64,000 nucleotides of DNA from Tubiluchus corallicola (taxonomy: Eukaryota > Animalia > Priapulida), in assembly GCA_030141605.1 (NCBI GenBank), contig JAQGDQ010002409.1:1-64000 (forward strand), read 5' to 3'. The stretch's first letter is position 1. Every line of letters starts with the position of its first letter. Under the pieces are notes generated by a model. It was not told where the DNA came from. It saw only the letters and a program-made list of their open reading frames with translations, and searched no databases. Made by a program: the position numbers and the translations under genes. Below, piece by piece: positions 1 through 10,650 of this stretch.

Positions 1-2397
1 TTTTATGCTATTAATGTTGGAAATTTGAATAAAACAATATTTATAGAAGATAACTTTTGGGTATTACACAATTTCAAAGCATACGACGAATACGGTAATT
101 ATAATATAAGTAGGGGAAAAAACTCGTGGATAGACTATAACAGAGATAATATTACCTCTGACCCTGATGCAAACGGTGGAGTAATAACCAATGTGGTTGA
201 TGTAACCGTAGCTCCACACCCTGACCCAACTGTAACCAATAGATATTTAACCTTTAAACTTCAAACAGATTTTTTAGGTAACTTAGATAGTAGAAACTTA
301 GTAGTTGAAGCCCAACGTTATTTGACCATTGCCTACAAGACAGATGACAACTTGTTATTAGATTTAAGAGTAAAATTATGGGAAAAAAATGCTAATACCA
401 ACTTATCTACCAATGATTTTTTAAATATACCATTTGAAAATACAAACGGGTATTGGACAACTCAAACATTTGATTTACAAGAAATGTACCCTGATGTAGA
501 TTTTACAGATGGCACAAAAATAGAAAATATTCAACTACTTGCCTCAAGAGATGAAGACAAAGTTCTTATCAATCAAACAGGAACAATAAAAATCAGAGCG
601 CTAGTACTCAACTCTTCCCTTGATGTAGGAAACGATGAACGAAAATTTGTAACAATTAATGTAATAAAAGGAATAGAGAATGGAGGTTTAGAGCTGTCTG
701 TAGAGCCATTTATCCCACAGTTATCGCCTTCTATTTTTAGTTTATATACTCCTTACGATACCTTACAAGCATTTCACTTGGAAGACTTAAAGAGAAATAA
801 AGCCTATTTTTTAAAGGCTAATTTTCCATCAGAACACGAATTTGAAATTGACATTGTAGATGACAACATAATACTTGTAAACGAAGAAAAATGGGGAAAA
901 AATATAAGTTATCTACTACATCCAATGAGATTAGAATTAGATACAAATAATATATCTTTAAATGAAAAAGAATATATCGCACTATCCCCCAACTCCAATT
1001 TCAAAATAGAAAACATTCAAAAAAACATATATGAACAAACAAAAATAAGACTCAACTACACTTCCAATGAAGAAACCACAGCCGATATAGAAGTTGTTAC
1101 CATTAACAAAGATGGAACTGAAAACCCTCCCATTAGCATTGAAGCATCATTTCCTTCAACACAAGAAGAAGCAAATGGAAAAAGTTTTACAATAGATGAG
1201 TTAGATAGTTTAGATAGAAACAAAATAAAAAGCATTAAACTATCGAATGTTACAGGAACTCTCCAACTAATAACAATAGTAATGGGTAAAGATGCAGAGG
1301 GAGACAAGCAAGAATTAGTATCAACATATGAAAACAACCAATTAAAAATAAAATTAACTCCATTCGAAAGTGGATTGAATATAAATAATTTTAGTGCAAA
1401 AAAAACCTTAACCAAAGAAGTAATATTTATAGAAAACATTGAAGAAAATACTGCCGAAAACACCTACACCATTACCTTGCAACTACCTGATAATGAAGAC
1501 GTAGAAATTGATGTAATAAATGCACAGAATACATACGCAGGGAAAATAAAGTGGAGACATAAAGCACTTTATCATTATGCAAATAACGATTTAAAAAAGA
1601 TAAACTACGAAACAGAAAACGTAGACGAAGTTTTTTTCCTTCCTATGTACCCCGAAGAAATAGATTCCGCACTTTGTTTTATTGTAATAAAAGACCTTGC
1701 AACAATAGAAAACTATATGCAAGCCCCTTATATTAAAATACTTAAACTTCACCATTCTCTTTACAACAAAGATACTCTAAAATTTGCCTACTATACAGAA
1801 GACACTATCACAGCAACCATTAAGGCAAAAACAGTAAGCACCAATGCTTATGGTATTGTAACAGATGTTAAGAACGATACAATTAAATCTAATTTAAAAT
1901 TATCTCCCAATGAACATTCCCTCTTAGAAAAAGCAGAACTCAGCCTTTCTAACGTGTATAAAGATGGGGGCAACAATGAAATAACGGAAATAACCTTTTA
2001 TATAACAGAAGCAACTAAACCTTTATTATTTCAGCTTTACGAGCTTGTACTTGGAGATGGAGAACTGACCAGTCCGTATATTTTTGACGATGACAACTGG
2101 CTAGATGTTGGAATAAATAATGATTTTATAGACAGCCTATTCAATGATACCAAAATCCCTCAAAAAGACATCATCAGCTACGCATATATAACCGAGGAAA
2201 ATGAAATAAATGTAGAATTTAGCGAAGAAGGAGAAAAAATACTAACAGTATTTGACCTTACAGGACACAAAGAGTATGAAGCAAAGCTAATAGGCTCAAA
2301 ACACAGTTTCAAGTTAAATAAGCAAAAAGGCACTTATATAATAAATGCAATACAAACAGGAAAAAATGAATCTAAGAAAATTTTACTCAGCAAGTAA
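1..2397 (+). CDS. Large secreted protein with T9SS (Por) C-terminal sorting domain and repeated beta-rich modules; 5'-truncated by window edge
   Basis: Frame is open from position 1 (FYAINVGNLNK...), so the start lies upstream. C-terminus 'LTVFDLTG...GTYIINAIQ...SKKILLSK' fits the T9SS type A CTD pattern. Internal similarity between two ~218-aa units. Confidence 0.8.
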   Translation, partial: FYAINVGNLNKTIFIEDNFWVLHNFKAYDEYGNYNISRGKNSWIDYNRDNITSDPDANGGVITNVVDVTVAPHPDPTVTNRYLTFKLQTDFLGNLDSRNLVVEAQRYLTIAYKTDDNLLLDLRVKLWEKNANTNLSTNDFLNIPFENTNGYWTTQTFDLQEMYPDVDFTDGTKIENIQLLASRDEDKVLINQTGTIKIRALVLNSSLDVGNDERKFVTINVIKGIENGGLELSVEPFIPQLSPSIFSLYTPYDTLQAFHLEDLKRNKAYFLKANFPSEHEFEIDIVDDNIILVNEEKWGKNISYLLHPMRLELDTNNISLNEKEYIALSPNSNFKIENIQKNIYEQTKIRLNYTSNEETTADIEVVTINKDGTENPPISIEASFPSTQEEANGKSFTIDELDSLDRNKIKSIKLSNVTGTLQLITIVMGKDAEGDKQELVSTYENNQLKIKLTPFESGLNINNFSAKKTLTKEVIFIENIEENTAENTYTITLQLPDNEDVEIDVINAQNTYAGKIKWRHKALYHYANNDLKKINYETENVDEVFFLPMYPEEIDSALCFIVIKDLATIENYMQAPYIKILKLHHSLYNKDTLKFAYYTEDTITATIKAKTVSTNAYGIVTDVKNDTIKSNLKLSPNEHSLLEKAELSLSNVYKDGGNNEITEITFYITEATKPLLFQLYELVLGDGELTSPYIFDDDNWLDVGINNDFIDSLFNDTKIPQKDIISYAYITEENEINVEFSEEGEKILTVFDLTGHKEYEAKLIGSKHSFKLNKQKGTYIINAIQTGKNESKKILLSK

Positions 2398-2439
2398 CCT
2401 TTCAATTGTAAAAATTTCGTCTGATTTGGAGTTAAAATT

Positions 2440-5400
2440 ATGAAACAAATTACATTACTAATAGTTTGCCTAAACCTATTTCAATTAACAGCTTACAGCC
2501 AAAAAACCATTTCAGGAGTTGTAAGAGACAAAAATGGTGAACCCTTAATAGGAGCAACAGTAGCAGAAGAAGGCACAAATAATGGAGCTATTACTAACAA
2601 TTTCGGCAACTATACTATAACATTACAAGGAGAAAAAGAAGCAGTTCTAAAATTTTCGTTTATTGGGTTTCAAGAGCAAGAAATACTAGTAGACAACAGA
2701 ACTACTATCAACGTAAGCTTGCAAGAGGAAGTTCAATACTTGGAAGAAGTAGTGGCTATTGGCTATCAAACTACTACACGCAAAGATGTAACTACCGCTA
2801 TATCGTCAGTAAAAGCAGAAGTTTTTGAAGAAAGAGCTATAACAAGTGTAGAAGAAGTTTTACAAGGAACTGCACCGGGAGTAGAAGTAGTTACAGGTTC
2901 TGGAGAACCCGGAAGTTCCCCCACAGTTACTATTAGAGGAACTTCTTCTATGTTAGCAAGTAGCGCCCCTCTTTATATAGTAGACGGAGTACCTGTAGAT
3001 GAAATTGATTTTATTCCTCCAAATGAAATAAAAGATATCCAAATACTTAAAGATGCTTCTTCTACTGCTATATATGGAGCAAGAGCATCAAATGGAGTAG
3101 TGCTAATTACCACATTGAGTGGAGAAAAAGGAAAAACAAAAATAACTTATAATAGTTTTTTAACTATTCAAGAAAAACCTAAAAGAATAGGTGTATTAAA
3201 CTCCACCCAATACGATGATTTAATTGCAGAAGCCAGATGGAATCGTATCACCGACAATCAAAAATCGGGCTTAGGCTATACTGTGTGGAGAAATACAGAC
3301 TACTTAAATAACTATATGCAACTCGAAAATTATAGAGATGAAACAGGTAATTTTCTTTACAATACTGACTGGCAGGATGAAGTATTTCGCACTGCCGCTA
3401 AACAAAATCACCAACTTACTATGTCTAGTGGAACAGATAAATTAAATTACTTTCTTTCTCTTACTTATCTAAACGATAAAGGGATTATTGAAAAAACCCA
3501 ATACGATAGATTTAACCTGAGATTTAAGATAAATGCTAATCTAACTAATTGGTTCGACTTATTTGCTAATATAACTTTTACAAAAGCCCAAAATGACAAG
3601 GTGAAAGACCTTATGAAATCGGCTTTATTAACACCCCCTTTTATTCCTGTTTACAATGAAGATGGTACTTTTGGTAGCAACCCATTATCTGATGCCAACA
3701 ACCCAGTAGCAGAAATTTATGGAAAAGACAATATTGTAGACGACCATAATTACTTAGCCAACATAAGAGGAGAAATTAAGATAATGAAAGGACTTCAATA
3801 CAAACCTTCGTTTTCTTACACAGGTAAATTTTCGCGAAACGAAATATTTATAGATCCTTTCAGTACAGAGTATGGACGTGAAGTAGTGGGAGAGGTGTCT
3901 GTGAAAAACACATTCAAAGAAGTGTACAACGTCCAAAACCTTTTCACATACAATAAAAAGGTACTACTACATTCATTTAATTTATTGCTCGGACACGAAG
4001 CAGAATTTAGAAGAACAGAAATAAGTGAAGCTACTGGACGTGGACTGCCCAACTCTACAAACAAAAGTATATCCAATGCTGCTACTATCATAAGTGCTAC
4101 TGACGATTTTATAGAAGCTGCCCTTTTATCTCATTTCGCAAGCATAAGATATGATTATAACAAAACATACTATGCCACTTTTAATATACGTCGCGATGGC
4201 TCTTCTAGGTTTGGTAGGTCAAATCAGTTTGCTGTATTTCCATCAGTTTCTCTTGCTTGGAGAGCCTCTAACCTAACAGCCATAAAAAAGATAAAACATA
4301 TAATTTCTGATTTGAAAATAAGAGGAGGATATGGCGAAACAGGAAATCAAAAAATAGAAGATTATAAAGCTTATATGCTCTATACCTTTGGAGCAAATTA
4401 CCCTATTGGAGGAACTATATACCCCGGTGCTGAACCAAAACAATTTGGCTTGCCCGACCTTAAATGGGAAAGCTCTAAACAATTTAATGGGGGGATAGAT
4501 GTAGGGCTATTCAAAAATGGAAGAATATGGCTAACCGTAGATGGTTATCATATAAAAACAGAAGATATGTTAGTCGCAGTTAACTTAGAAAGATCCAACG
4601 GAGTAGATTATAAGATAACAACCAATATGGGAAGCCTTGAAAACTATGGCTGGGAGATGGAAGTGCAATCAAAAAATATTGTAAAAGGAAAATTTAAATG
4701 GGACACAAACCTTAATCTTAGTGCCAATAGAAACAAAGTACTATCAATAAAAGGAGGAGATAATGACAACCAATGGGGAGGCCTAGCCAGTGGTGCCAAT
4801 CAAATGAGAGTAGGATACCCTTTGGGGATTTTCTGGGGACGAACAGCCATAGGCATAGACGAAGAGGGCAATGTACTTTATGACGATAGTGGTCAAGATA
4901 TGATAGGAGACCCCAATCCCAAATTAACAGGAGGGATGACAAATAATTTTACCTACAAAAATATTACATTAAGCATTTTTCTACAAGGAGCTTACGACTT
5001 TGATATTTACAATAGCACTTATCGTACTCTGATAGGTATGAGAAATTATAACAATCAACATACTGATGCATTAGGAAGATGGAAAGAAAACGGAGCAAAT
5101 ACAAATCTTACCATACCACGACCAGAATTTATTGCAGATGTTGATGATATAGATAGCGACGAGGCTAACAATTACAGTGTATCCACTCGTTTTATTGAAG
5201 ATGCTTCCTTCTTGAGGATAAAAAATATAACCCTGTCCTATAGGTTTAATAAAAAAATTACAAAACACTTAAAAGTAAACGGACTAAGAATATATTGTAC
5301 GGTAACCAACTTGTATACTTTTACAAACTACACTGGCAATGACCCCGAAATAAACTGGGGTGCAGGCGATGGAAATACAAATTACGATAAAGGTATAGAC

Positions 5401-5457
5401 TCATTCAACTATCCTATTACAAGAAGTTATACACTAGGTTTAAATTTTAATTTTTAA
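2440..5457 (+). CDS. susC: SusC/RagA family TonB-dependent transporter
   Basis: Signal peptide, N-terminal 'ISGVVRDKNGEPLIGATV', plug motif 'ILKDASSTAIYGARASNGVVLITT', 'RRDGSSRFG', C-terminal 'YTLGLNFNF'. Confidence 0.97.
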   Translation: MKQITLLIVCLNLFQLTAYSQKTISGVVRDKNGEPLIGATVAEEGTNNGAITNNFGNYTITLQGEKEAVLKFSFIGFQEQEILVDNRTTINVSLQEEVQYLEEVVAIGYQTTTRKDVTTAISSVKAEVFEERAITSVEEVLQGTAPGVEVVTGSGEPGSSPTVTIRGTSSMLASSAPLYIVDGVPVDEIDFIPPNEIKDIQILKDASSTAIYGARASNGVVLITTLSGEKGKTKITYNSFLTIQEKPKRIGVLNSTQYDDLIAEARWNRITDNQKSGLGYTVWRNTDYLNNYMQLENYRDETGNFLYNTDWQDEVFRTAAKQNHQLTMSSGTDKLNYFLSLTYLNDKGIIEKTQYDRFNLRFKINANLTNWFDLFANITFTKAQNDKVKDLMKSALLTPPFIPVYNEDGTFGSNPLSDANNPVAEIYGKDNIVDDHNYLANIRGEIKIMKGLQYKPSFSYTGKFSRNEIFIDPFSTEYGREVVGEVSVKNTFKEVYNVQNLFTYNKKVLLHSFNLLLGHEAEFRRTEISEATGRGLPNSTNKSISNAATIISATDDFIEAALLSHFASIRYDYNKTYYATFNIRRDGSSRFGRSNQFAVFPSVSLAWRASNLTAIKKIKHIISDLKIRGGYGETGNQKIEDYKAYMLYTFGANYPIGGTIYPGAEPKQFGLPDLKWESSKQFNGGIDVGLFKNGRIWLTVDGYHIKTEDMLVAVNLERSNGVDYKITTNMGSLENYGWEMEVQSKNIVKGKFKWDTNLNLSANRNKVLSIKGGDNDNQWGGLASGANQMRVGYPLGIFWGRTAIGIDEEGNVLYDDSGQDMIGDPNPKLTGGMTNNFTYKNITLSIFLQGAYDFDIYNSTYRTLIGMRNYNNQHTDALGRWKENGANTNLTIPRPEFIADVDDIDSDEANNYSVSTRFIEDASFLRIKNITLSYRFNKKITKHLKVNGLRIYCTVTNLYTFTNYTGNDPEINWGAGDGNTNYDKGIDSFNYPITRSYTLGLNFNF

Positions 5458-5480
5458 ATTGAATTAAATCCTTATTTAAT

Positions 5481-6947
5481 ATGAAGTTTTTATCTCTAAT
5501 TACAATAATAGCTGTAATAATAGGAACATCTTGCACCAAAGATTTCTTAGATTTGAAGCCTCGCAACGATGTTATTTTAGAAGACTTCTTCAAAACAACA
5601 GAAGACGCAGAAGCAGCCTTAATTGGCTGTTATGCTTCTTTTCATAAAAATGACTATTACAGAAAAAATTTCCCGTATTATATAGATTTATTGGGACAAA
5701 CTGCCAACCCTCAATCATCTGATAATGCTGCCAAAAACCTTAAACAATTTCAAAGTTTAAAGAACAATGGGAAATTGCACAATTTATGGGTTGTGTTTTA
5801 TCAATCTATTGCTAACACTAATTTTTTATTAAAATATATTGATGGTATTGAAAGTATCAAACTGGATACAGACAATTACAGAGAAGAAATAAAAGCAGAA
5901 GCTCGGTTCATTAGGGCTTTAAACTACTATTTCCTTGTACAGCTATTTGAAACAGTCCCTATTATTGTTGAACCTCTGGAAGAATTTACAAATTTAGATA
6001 ATTATCCCTACGAAGGGTTAAACTCTGAGCGTAATATATATAGCGTAATTGTAACAGACCTGAATTACGCCAAGAAATGGCTGCCCGAAGAGCATAAGTC
6101 AGCAAGTGGCATCCCTAATAATGCTAAAACTAGGGGCAGAGCTGTAAAAGGTGCAGCTATGGCTCTATTAGCAAAGGTCTATGCTTCTATCGCTTCAATG
6201 AAGGTAGAAGGGTTTGACGTGGATGCTTGCTGGGCAAATTGTATTTTATATTGCGATAGTGTTATCAAGTCTCCATTATATGAGTTGATAACAGACTATG
6301 ACGACTTATTTAAAATAGGTTCTGAAAATTTAAAAGAATCTATATTAGAGATACAATTTTCTACCCAAGCAGGTTCTAATATGGCATACAACAGCTTACC
6401 ATACCCTTATGTAGAAACCACGTGGGAGAAAGAATACAGACCTTCTAAAAGTGTCTTAAATTTGTTTGAAAATGAAAGCACAGTTAGGCACAAAGCCTCT
6501 TTTATAAAAGGAATTTCTGGAGCATCTTCAGATACCACCTTTCACCGATTCAAGTCAAGAGAATCAGCAGGAGGGAATAGTCCTGATAATTTTATAGCAA
6601 TAAGACTTGCAGACATTATACTACTACAAGCAGAAGCACTCTGCGAAGTATATGCTTTGCCTGCCAAATCGGCAGAGTTGCTCAATAGCATTAGGGCAAG
6701 AGCAGGAATGAATGAATATGAATATCCAGTAGACTTGCCAACCAAAAAAGAATTAAGAAGAGCAATACATTTAGAAAGATTAATAGAGTTAAACTTAGAG
6801 GGACATTCGTGGTTCGACAAAAAACGCTGGACAAGAGGTGAGCTAACTGTAAACGATTTTGACAAAATAGACGAAACAGGAGTAGTAATGCCAATACCTA
6901 ATAAAGTCAAAAATAATAACCCTGCTATTGCAGAACAATTAAAATAG
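5481..6947 (+). CDS. susD: SusD/RagB family surface lipoprotein
   Basis: Lipobox 'IGTSC', 'EARFIRALNYYFLV', 'RLADIILLQAEA', 'ERLIELNLEG'; directly after susC. Confidence 0.95.
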   Translation: MKFLSLITIIAVIIGTSCTKDFLDLKPRNDVILEDFFKTTEDAEAALIGCYASFHKNDYYRKNFPYYIDLLGQTANPQSSDNAAKNLKQFQSLKNNGKLHNLWVVFYQSIANTNFLLKYIDGIESIKLDTDNYREEIKAEARFIRALNYYFLVQLFETVPIIVEPLEEFTNLDNYPYEGLNSERNIYSVIVTDLNYAKKWLPEEHKSASGIPNNAKTRGRAVKGAAMALLAKVYASIASMKVEGFDVDACWANCILYCDSVIKSPLYELITDYDDLFKIGSENLKESILEIQFSTQAGSNMAYNSLPYPYVETTWEKEYRPSKSVLNLFENESTVRHKASFIKGISGASSDTTFHRFKSRESAGGNSPDNFIAIRLADIILLQAEALCEVYALPAKSAELLNSIRARAGMNEYEYPVDLPTKKELRRAIHLERLIELNLEGHSWFDKKRWTRGELTVNDFDKIDETGVVMPIPNKVKNNNPAIAEQLK

Positions 6948-6949
6948 AA

Positions 6950-7927
6950 ATGAAAAAAATACTACTAACAAGTCTTATTTTAGCAAGTGCAACATTTAGC
7001 TTTTCCAATAAACAGGAGAACGGACAAAAGAAAAAGAACAAGAAACAAAAACAGTCTCAAACCTACAAAGTACAACCCACCTATGAAAATGTACCCTATG
7101 GACAGCACAAACGGAATACATTAGACTTTTATCAAGCAAAATCTGATAGCCCTACACCCGTTGCTATCTACATTCATGGAGGTGGATTTGTAAACGGCAG
7201 TAAAAAAGGAATACAACACTCAGAAGTCAAACAATTATTAGACCATAAAATTTCTGTAACTGCCATTAATTACCCATTTTTAGATGATGATACTGACTTA
7301 TTAGAAATATTGTATTCCATTGCAAGGGCTGTGCAGTTTGTTAGATTCAATGCTGAAAAATGGAACATAGAAAAAACCCGCATAGCAGGTTTTGGAGGTT
7401 CTGCAGGTGCAGGTTCTTCCCTTTGGCTTGCCTATAATAAGGATTTGGAAGACCCTCTAAATATAGACCCAATACTAAGAGAATCATCAAAATTGCAAGT
7501 AATTGCACTTAAAAATACGCAAGCTACTTACGACTTTGAAAAATGGATAGAAATAGTAGGAGATGAAACAGGAGAGCTACTTGAAGAATCAGAAAACATT
7601 CAAAAGAAATTAAAAATATATGGGCTGAAAAGTAAAGAAGAAATTTACACAGAAAAAGGAAAAACTATAAGAAAGAAGCTAGATATGTTATCATTTATGA
7701 CAAAAAAAGAAGCTCCTATCTTTTTATTTAATAACATCTCCTGTAAGAAACCCACACAACGTGGTCAGTATGTACATCACCCAAATCATTCGAAACGTAT
7801 AAAAGAACAATGCAATAAATTGGGAATAGAATGTGAAATAATATTGAAGTGCGAACAACCAAACATCTCTAAGGAAGAAGCAAATAAAAGAAAGATAGAT
7901 TTCTTAATTAAGCATTTAACAAAATAA
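6950..7927 (+). CDS. Secreted alpha/beta-hydrolase (putative carbohydrate esterase)
   Basis: Signal peptide, oxyanion motif 'IHGGGF', nucleophile 'GGSAG', C-terminal 'VHHP'. Confidence 0.85.
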   Translation: MKKILLTSLILASATFSFSNKQENGQKKKNKKQKQSQTYKVQPTYENVPYGQHKRNTLDFYQAKSDSPTPVAIYIHGGGFVNGSKKGIQHSEVKQLLDHKISVTAINYPFLDDDTDLLEILYSIARAVQFVRFNAEKWNIEKTRIAGFGGSAGAGSSLWLAYNKDLEDPLNIDPILRESSKLQVIALKNTQATYDFEKWIEIVGDETGELLEESENIQKKLKIYGLKSKEEIYTEKGKTIRKKLDMLSFMTKKEAPIFLFNNISCKKPTQRGQYVHHPNHSKRIKEQCNKLGIECEIILKCEQPNISKEEANKRKIDFLIKHLTK

Positions 7928-8005
7928 AGATAAATTTTTGATATTAGAACTAATCATAGATTTATGCCTTCGTAACAAATTAAATATTTAACTACAAATA
8001 TAAAG

Positions 8006-10612
8006 ATGAAACAAAAAAGACTATTTAATTTAAGAAAAATAATAGGAATAACTTCTCTAATATTTAGTATAAATTGTATTGCAAATGACAAAAAAGAACA
8101 AACAGAAATAGTTTTACACAACAACTGGACTTTCGCACAAAGCGATAAGCAAGAATGGAAAAATGCCACTGTTCCCGGATGTGTACATACTGACCTACTA
8201 AACAATAAAATAATCAAAGACCCTTTCTTTGCAGCTAATGAAAAAAATCAGCAATGGATAGATAAAAAAGATTGGATATACAAAACAACATTTAACATAG
8301 AAGAAGACCTACTTAATTTTGACAATGCCGATTTGATATTCGAAGGAATAGATACTTATTCTGATATTTACCTCAATGGAGAAAAAATATTGACTACAAA
8401 CAATATGTTTTTATCGTGGGAGAAGCAAGTAAAAGACAAATTGAAAAAAGAAGAAAATGAATTGAAAGTATATTTTCACTCCCCAATAAAAATTGATGAA
8501 CCCAAATGGGATGCTTTGGGCTATCCATTATTTGCCATCAACGACCAATCAGAACTTGGTAAGATAGAAGATAAAAAACTAAGTGTATTTGCACGTAAAG
8601 CCCCTTATCATTACGGCTGGGACTGGGGTCCTCGTTTTGTAACATCAGGAATATGGCGACCTGTAAAACTTAGATTTTGGAACAGTGCAAAAATAAAGGA
8701 CGTTCATTACGTACAAAATAAAGTATCAGACAAGAAAGCAAAATTTACAACCTTCATTTCCATATCAGCAACAGAAGCAGCGAACAAAGCAACTATTAAA
8801 ATCATAAATGAAAATACAGCCAAAACCCTTGCTACAAAAGAAGTATTTTTAAAAGCTAATGAAAACAAGGTACAAATTGATTTTGAGATAGACAACCCAA
8901 AACTATGGTGGTCTAATGGGCTAGGAGAGCCTTACTTGTATGGTCTTAAAGTAGAGCTACATAAAGGAAATAAAGTTTTGGATATAGACAAAAAGAATAT
9001 AGGAATACGTACCATAAAACTCGTTCAAAACAAAGATGAAATAGGAAAATCATTTCATTTTGAACTAAACGGCATACCTGTATTTATGAAAGGTGCAAAC
9101 TACATACCCATAGACAATTTCTTAAACCGTGTTACACCCGAAAAATATGAACAAGTAGTACAAACAGCAGTAGATGCCAATATGAATATGTTAAGAGTTT
9201 GGGGAGGGGGTATTTATGAAAACAAAATATTTTACAACTTATGCGATAAGTACGGCATATTAGTATGGCAAGATTTTATGTTTGCTTGTAGCCTCTATCC
9301 CGGTGATGACGAATTTGTAGAAAATGTTAAAAAAGAAGTAACGCAAAATATTATCAGACTTAGAAACCACCCATCTATTGCCTTATGGTGTGGGAACAAC
9401 GAAATAGAGTGGGCTTGGAAAGGCTGGGGACTACAAAAACAATTCAAATGGTCTAAGAAAGACTCTTCAACCATTATCAACGATTATAACAGGATGTTTA
9501 ACGAAATTATCCCTCATCTCATACAACAATATGACAATCGCGACTATTGGTCTTCATCTCCTTCATTTGACAAATATGGAAAGCATCTGGACACCTTTGG
9601 CGACCGCCATCTGTGGGATGTATGGAAAGGAAGAAAAAATTGGAACTACTACAAAGACAATGTGCCACGCTTTATGAGTGAGTATGGATATCAAGGCTAC
9701 CCTGATATGAAAACTATTGAAACATTTACCAAGCCCGAAGATAGAAAACTTGGTACAGAAGCTATGCAATTTCACCAAAAAGCAAAATTAGGAAACAAGC
9801 GAATAAAAACAGGTGTGGAGAGAGAGTTTGGGCTGAACGACAAGGATTTTTCAGCATTCGTTTATCTATCTCAACTCTATCAAGCCTATGATGTAAAATT
9901 TGCCATTGAAACACATCGTAGAAACATGCCCTATTGTATGGGAACTCTTTATTGGCAGTTAAACGACTGCTACCCCGCTGCAAGCTGGGCAAGTGTAGAT
10001 TACAATGGCAGGTGGAAAGCTTTACATTATGCTGTAAAAGATATTTACAAAGATGTTATTGTTTCGACAACAGAAGATGACGGTAGATTAGGGATATTTG
10101 TCATTTCTGACAAGATAGAAGAAACACGAGCAGAACTAAAATTGAAACTTATTGACTTTGATGGGAAAACATTGTGGAAGAAGAAGCTCAAAACAACAAT
10201 TGCCCCACAATCAAGCAAAGAACATTACTCCATAGAAACAAATAAGATTATTGGTAAAAATGAGAAAAACAATATTGTATTAGTTGCAGAGCTTACTTCA
10301 AATAACAAGACATTACATAAAAGCCTATTTTACTTTATTCCTAGCAAAGAACTACAACTTTACAAAGATAATAGCATAACAAAAAGTATTACGAAAAAAG
10401 GAAATAACTATGAAATTACATTAACATCAAATAAATTAGCAAAAGGAGTATTTCTTTCCTTGAAGGAAGCAGATGGTAGTTGGTCAGACAACTACTTTGA
10501 CTTACTACCCAACGAAACAAAACGAATAATTCTAAAACCTAATAAAGAAATTAAAAACATAGAAAATGAAATACAAATTAGAACTTTGGCAGAGACTATT
10601 CTAAAAATATAA
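8006..10612 (+). CDS. GH2 beta-mannosidase
   Basis: 'ATVPGCVHTDL', 'RKAPYHYGWDWGP', 'KGANYIP', 'NMLRVWGGGIYE', 'WCGNNE', 'RFMSEYG', 'YWQLND'. Confidence 0.95.
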   Translation: MKQKRLFNLRKIIGITSLIFSINCIANDKKEQTEIVLHNNWTFAQSDKQEWKNATVPGCVHTDLLNNKIIKDPFFAANEKNQQWIDKKDWIYKTTFNIEEDLLNFDNADLIFEGIDTYSDIYLNGEKILTTNNMFLSWEKQVKDKLKKEENELKVYFHSPIKIDEPKWDALGYPLFAINDQSELGKIEDKKLSVFARKAPYHYGWDWGPRFVTSGIWRPVKLRFWNSAKIKDVHYVQNKVSDKKAKFTTFISISATEAANKATIKIINENTAKTLATKEVFLKANENKVQIDFEIDNPKLWWSNGLGEPYLYGLKVELHKGNKVLDIDKKNIGIRTIKLVQNKDEIGKSFHFELNGIPVFMKGANYIPIDNFLNRVTPEKYEQVVQTAVDANMNMLRVWGGGIYENKIFYNLCDKYGILVWQDFMFACSLYPGDDEFVENVKKEVTQNIIRLRNHPSIALWCGNNEIEWAWKGWGLQKQFKWSKKDSSTIINDYNRMFNEIIPHLIQQYDNRDYWSSSPSFDKYGKHLDTFGDRHLWDVWKGRKNWNYYKDNVPRFMSEYGYQGYPDMKTIETFTKPEDRKLGTEAMQFHQKAKLGNKRIKTGVEREFGLNDKDFSAFVYLSQLYQAYDVKFAIETHRRNMPYCMGTLYWQLNDCYPAASWASVDYNGRWKALHYAVKDIYKDVIVSTTEDDGRLGIFVISDKIEETRAELKLKLIDFDGKTLWKKKLKTTIAPQSSKEHYSIETNKIIGKNEKNNIVLVAELTSNNKTLHKSLFYFIPSKELQLYKDNSITKSITKKGNNYEITLTSNKLAKGVFLSLKEADGSWSDNYFDLLPNETKRIILKPNKEIKNIENEIQIRTLAETILKI

Positions 10613-10650
10613 GTAAATATTAACAGAAAATTAACAACAACAAATACATT

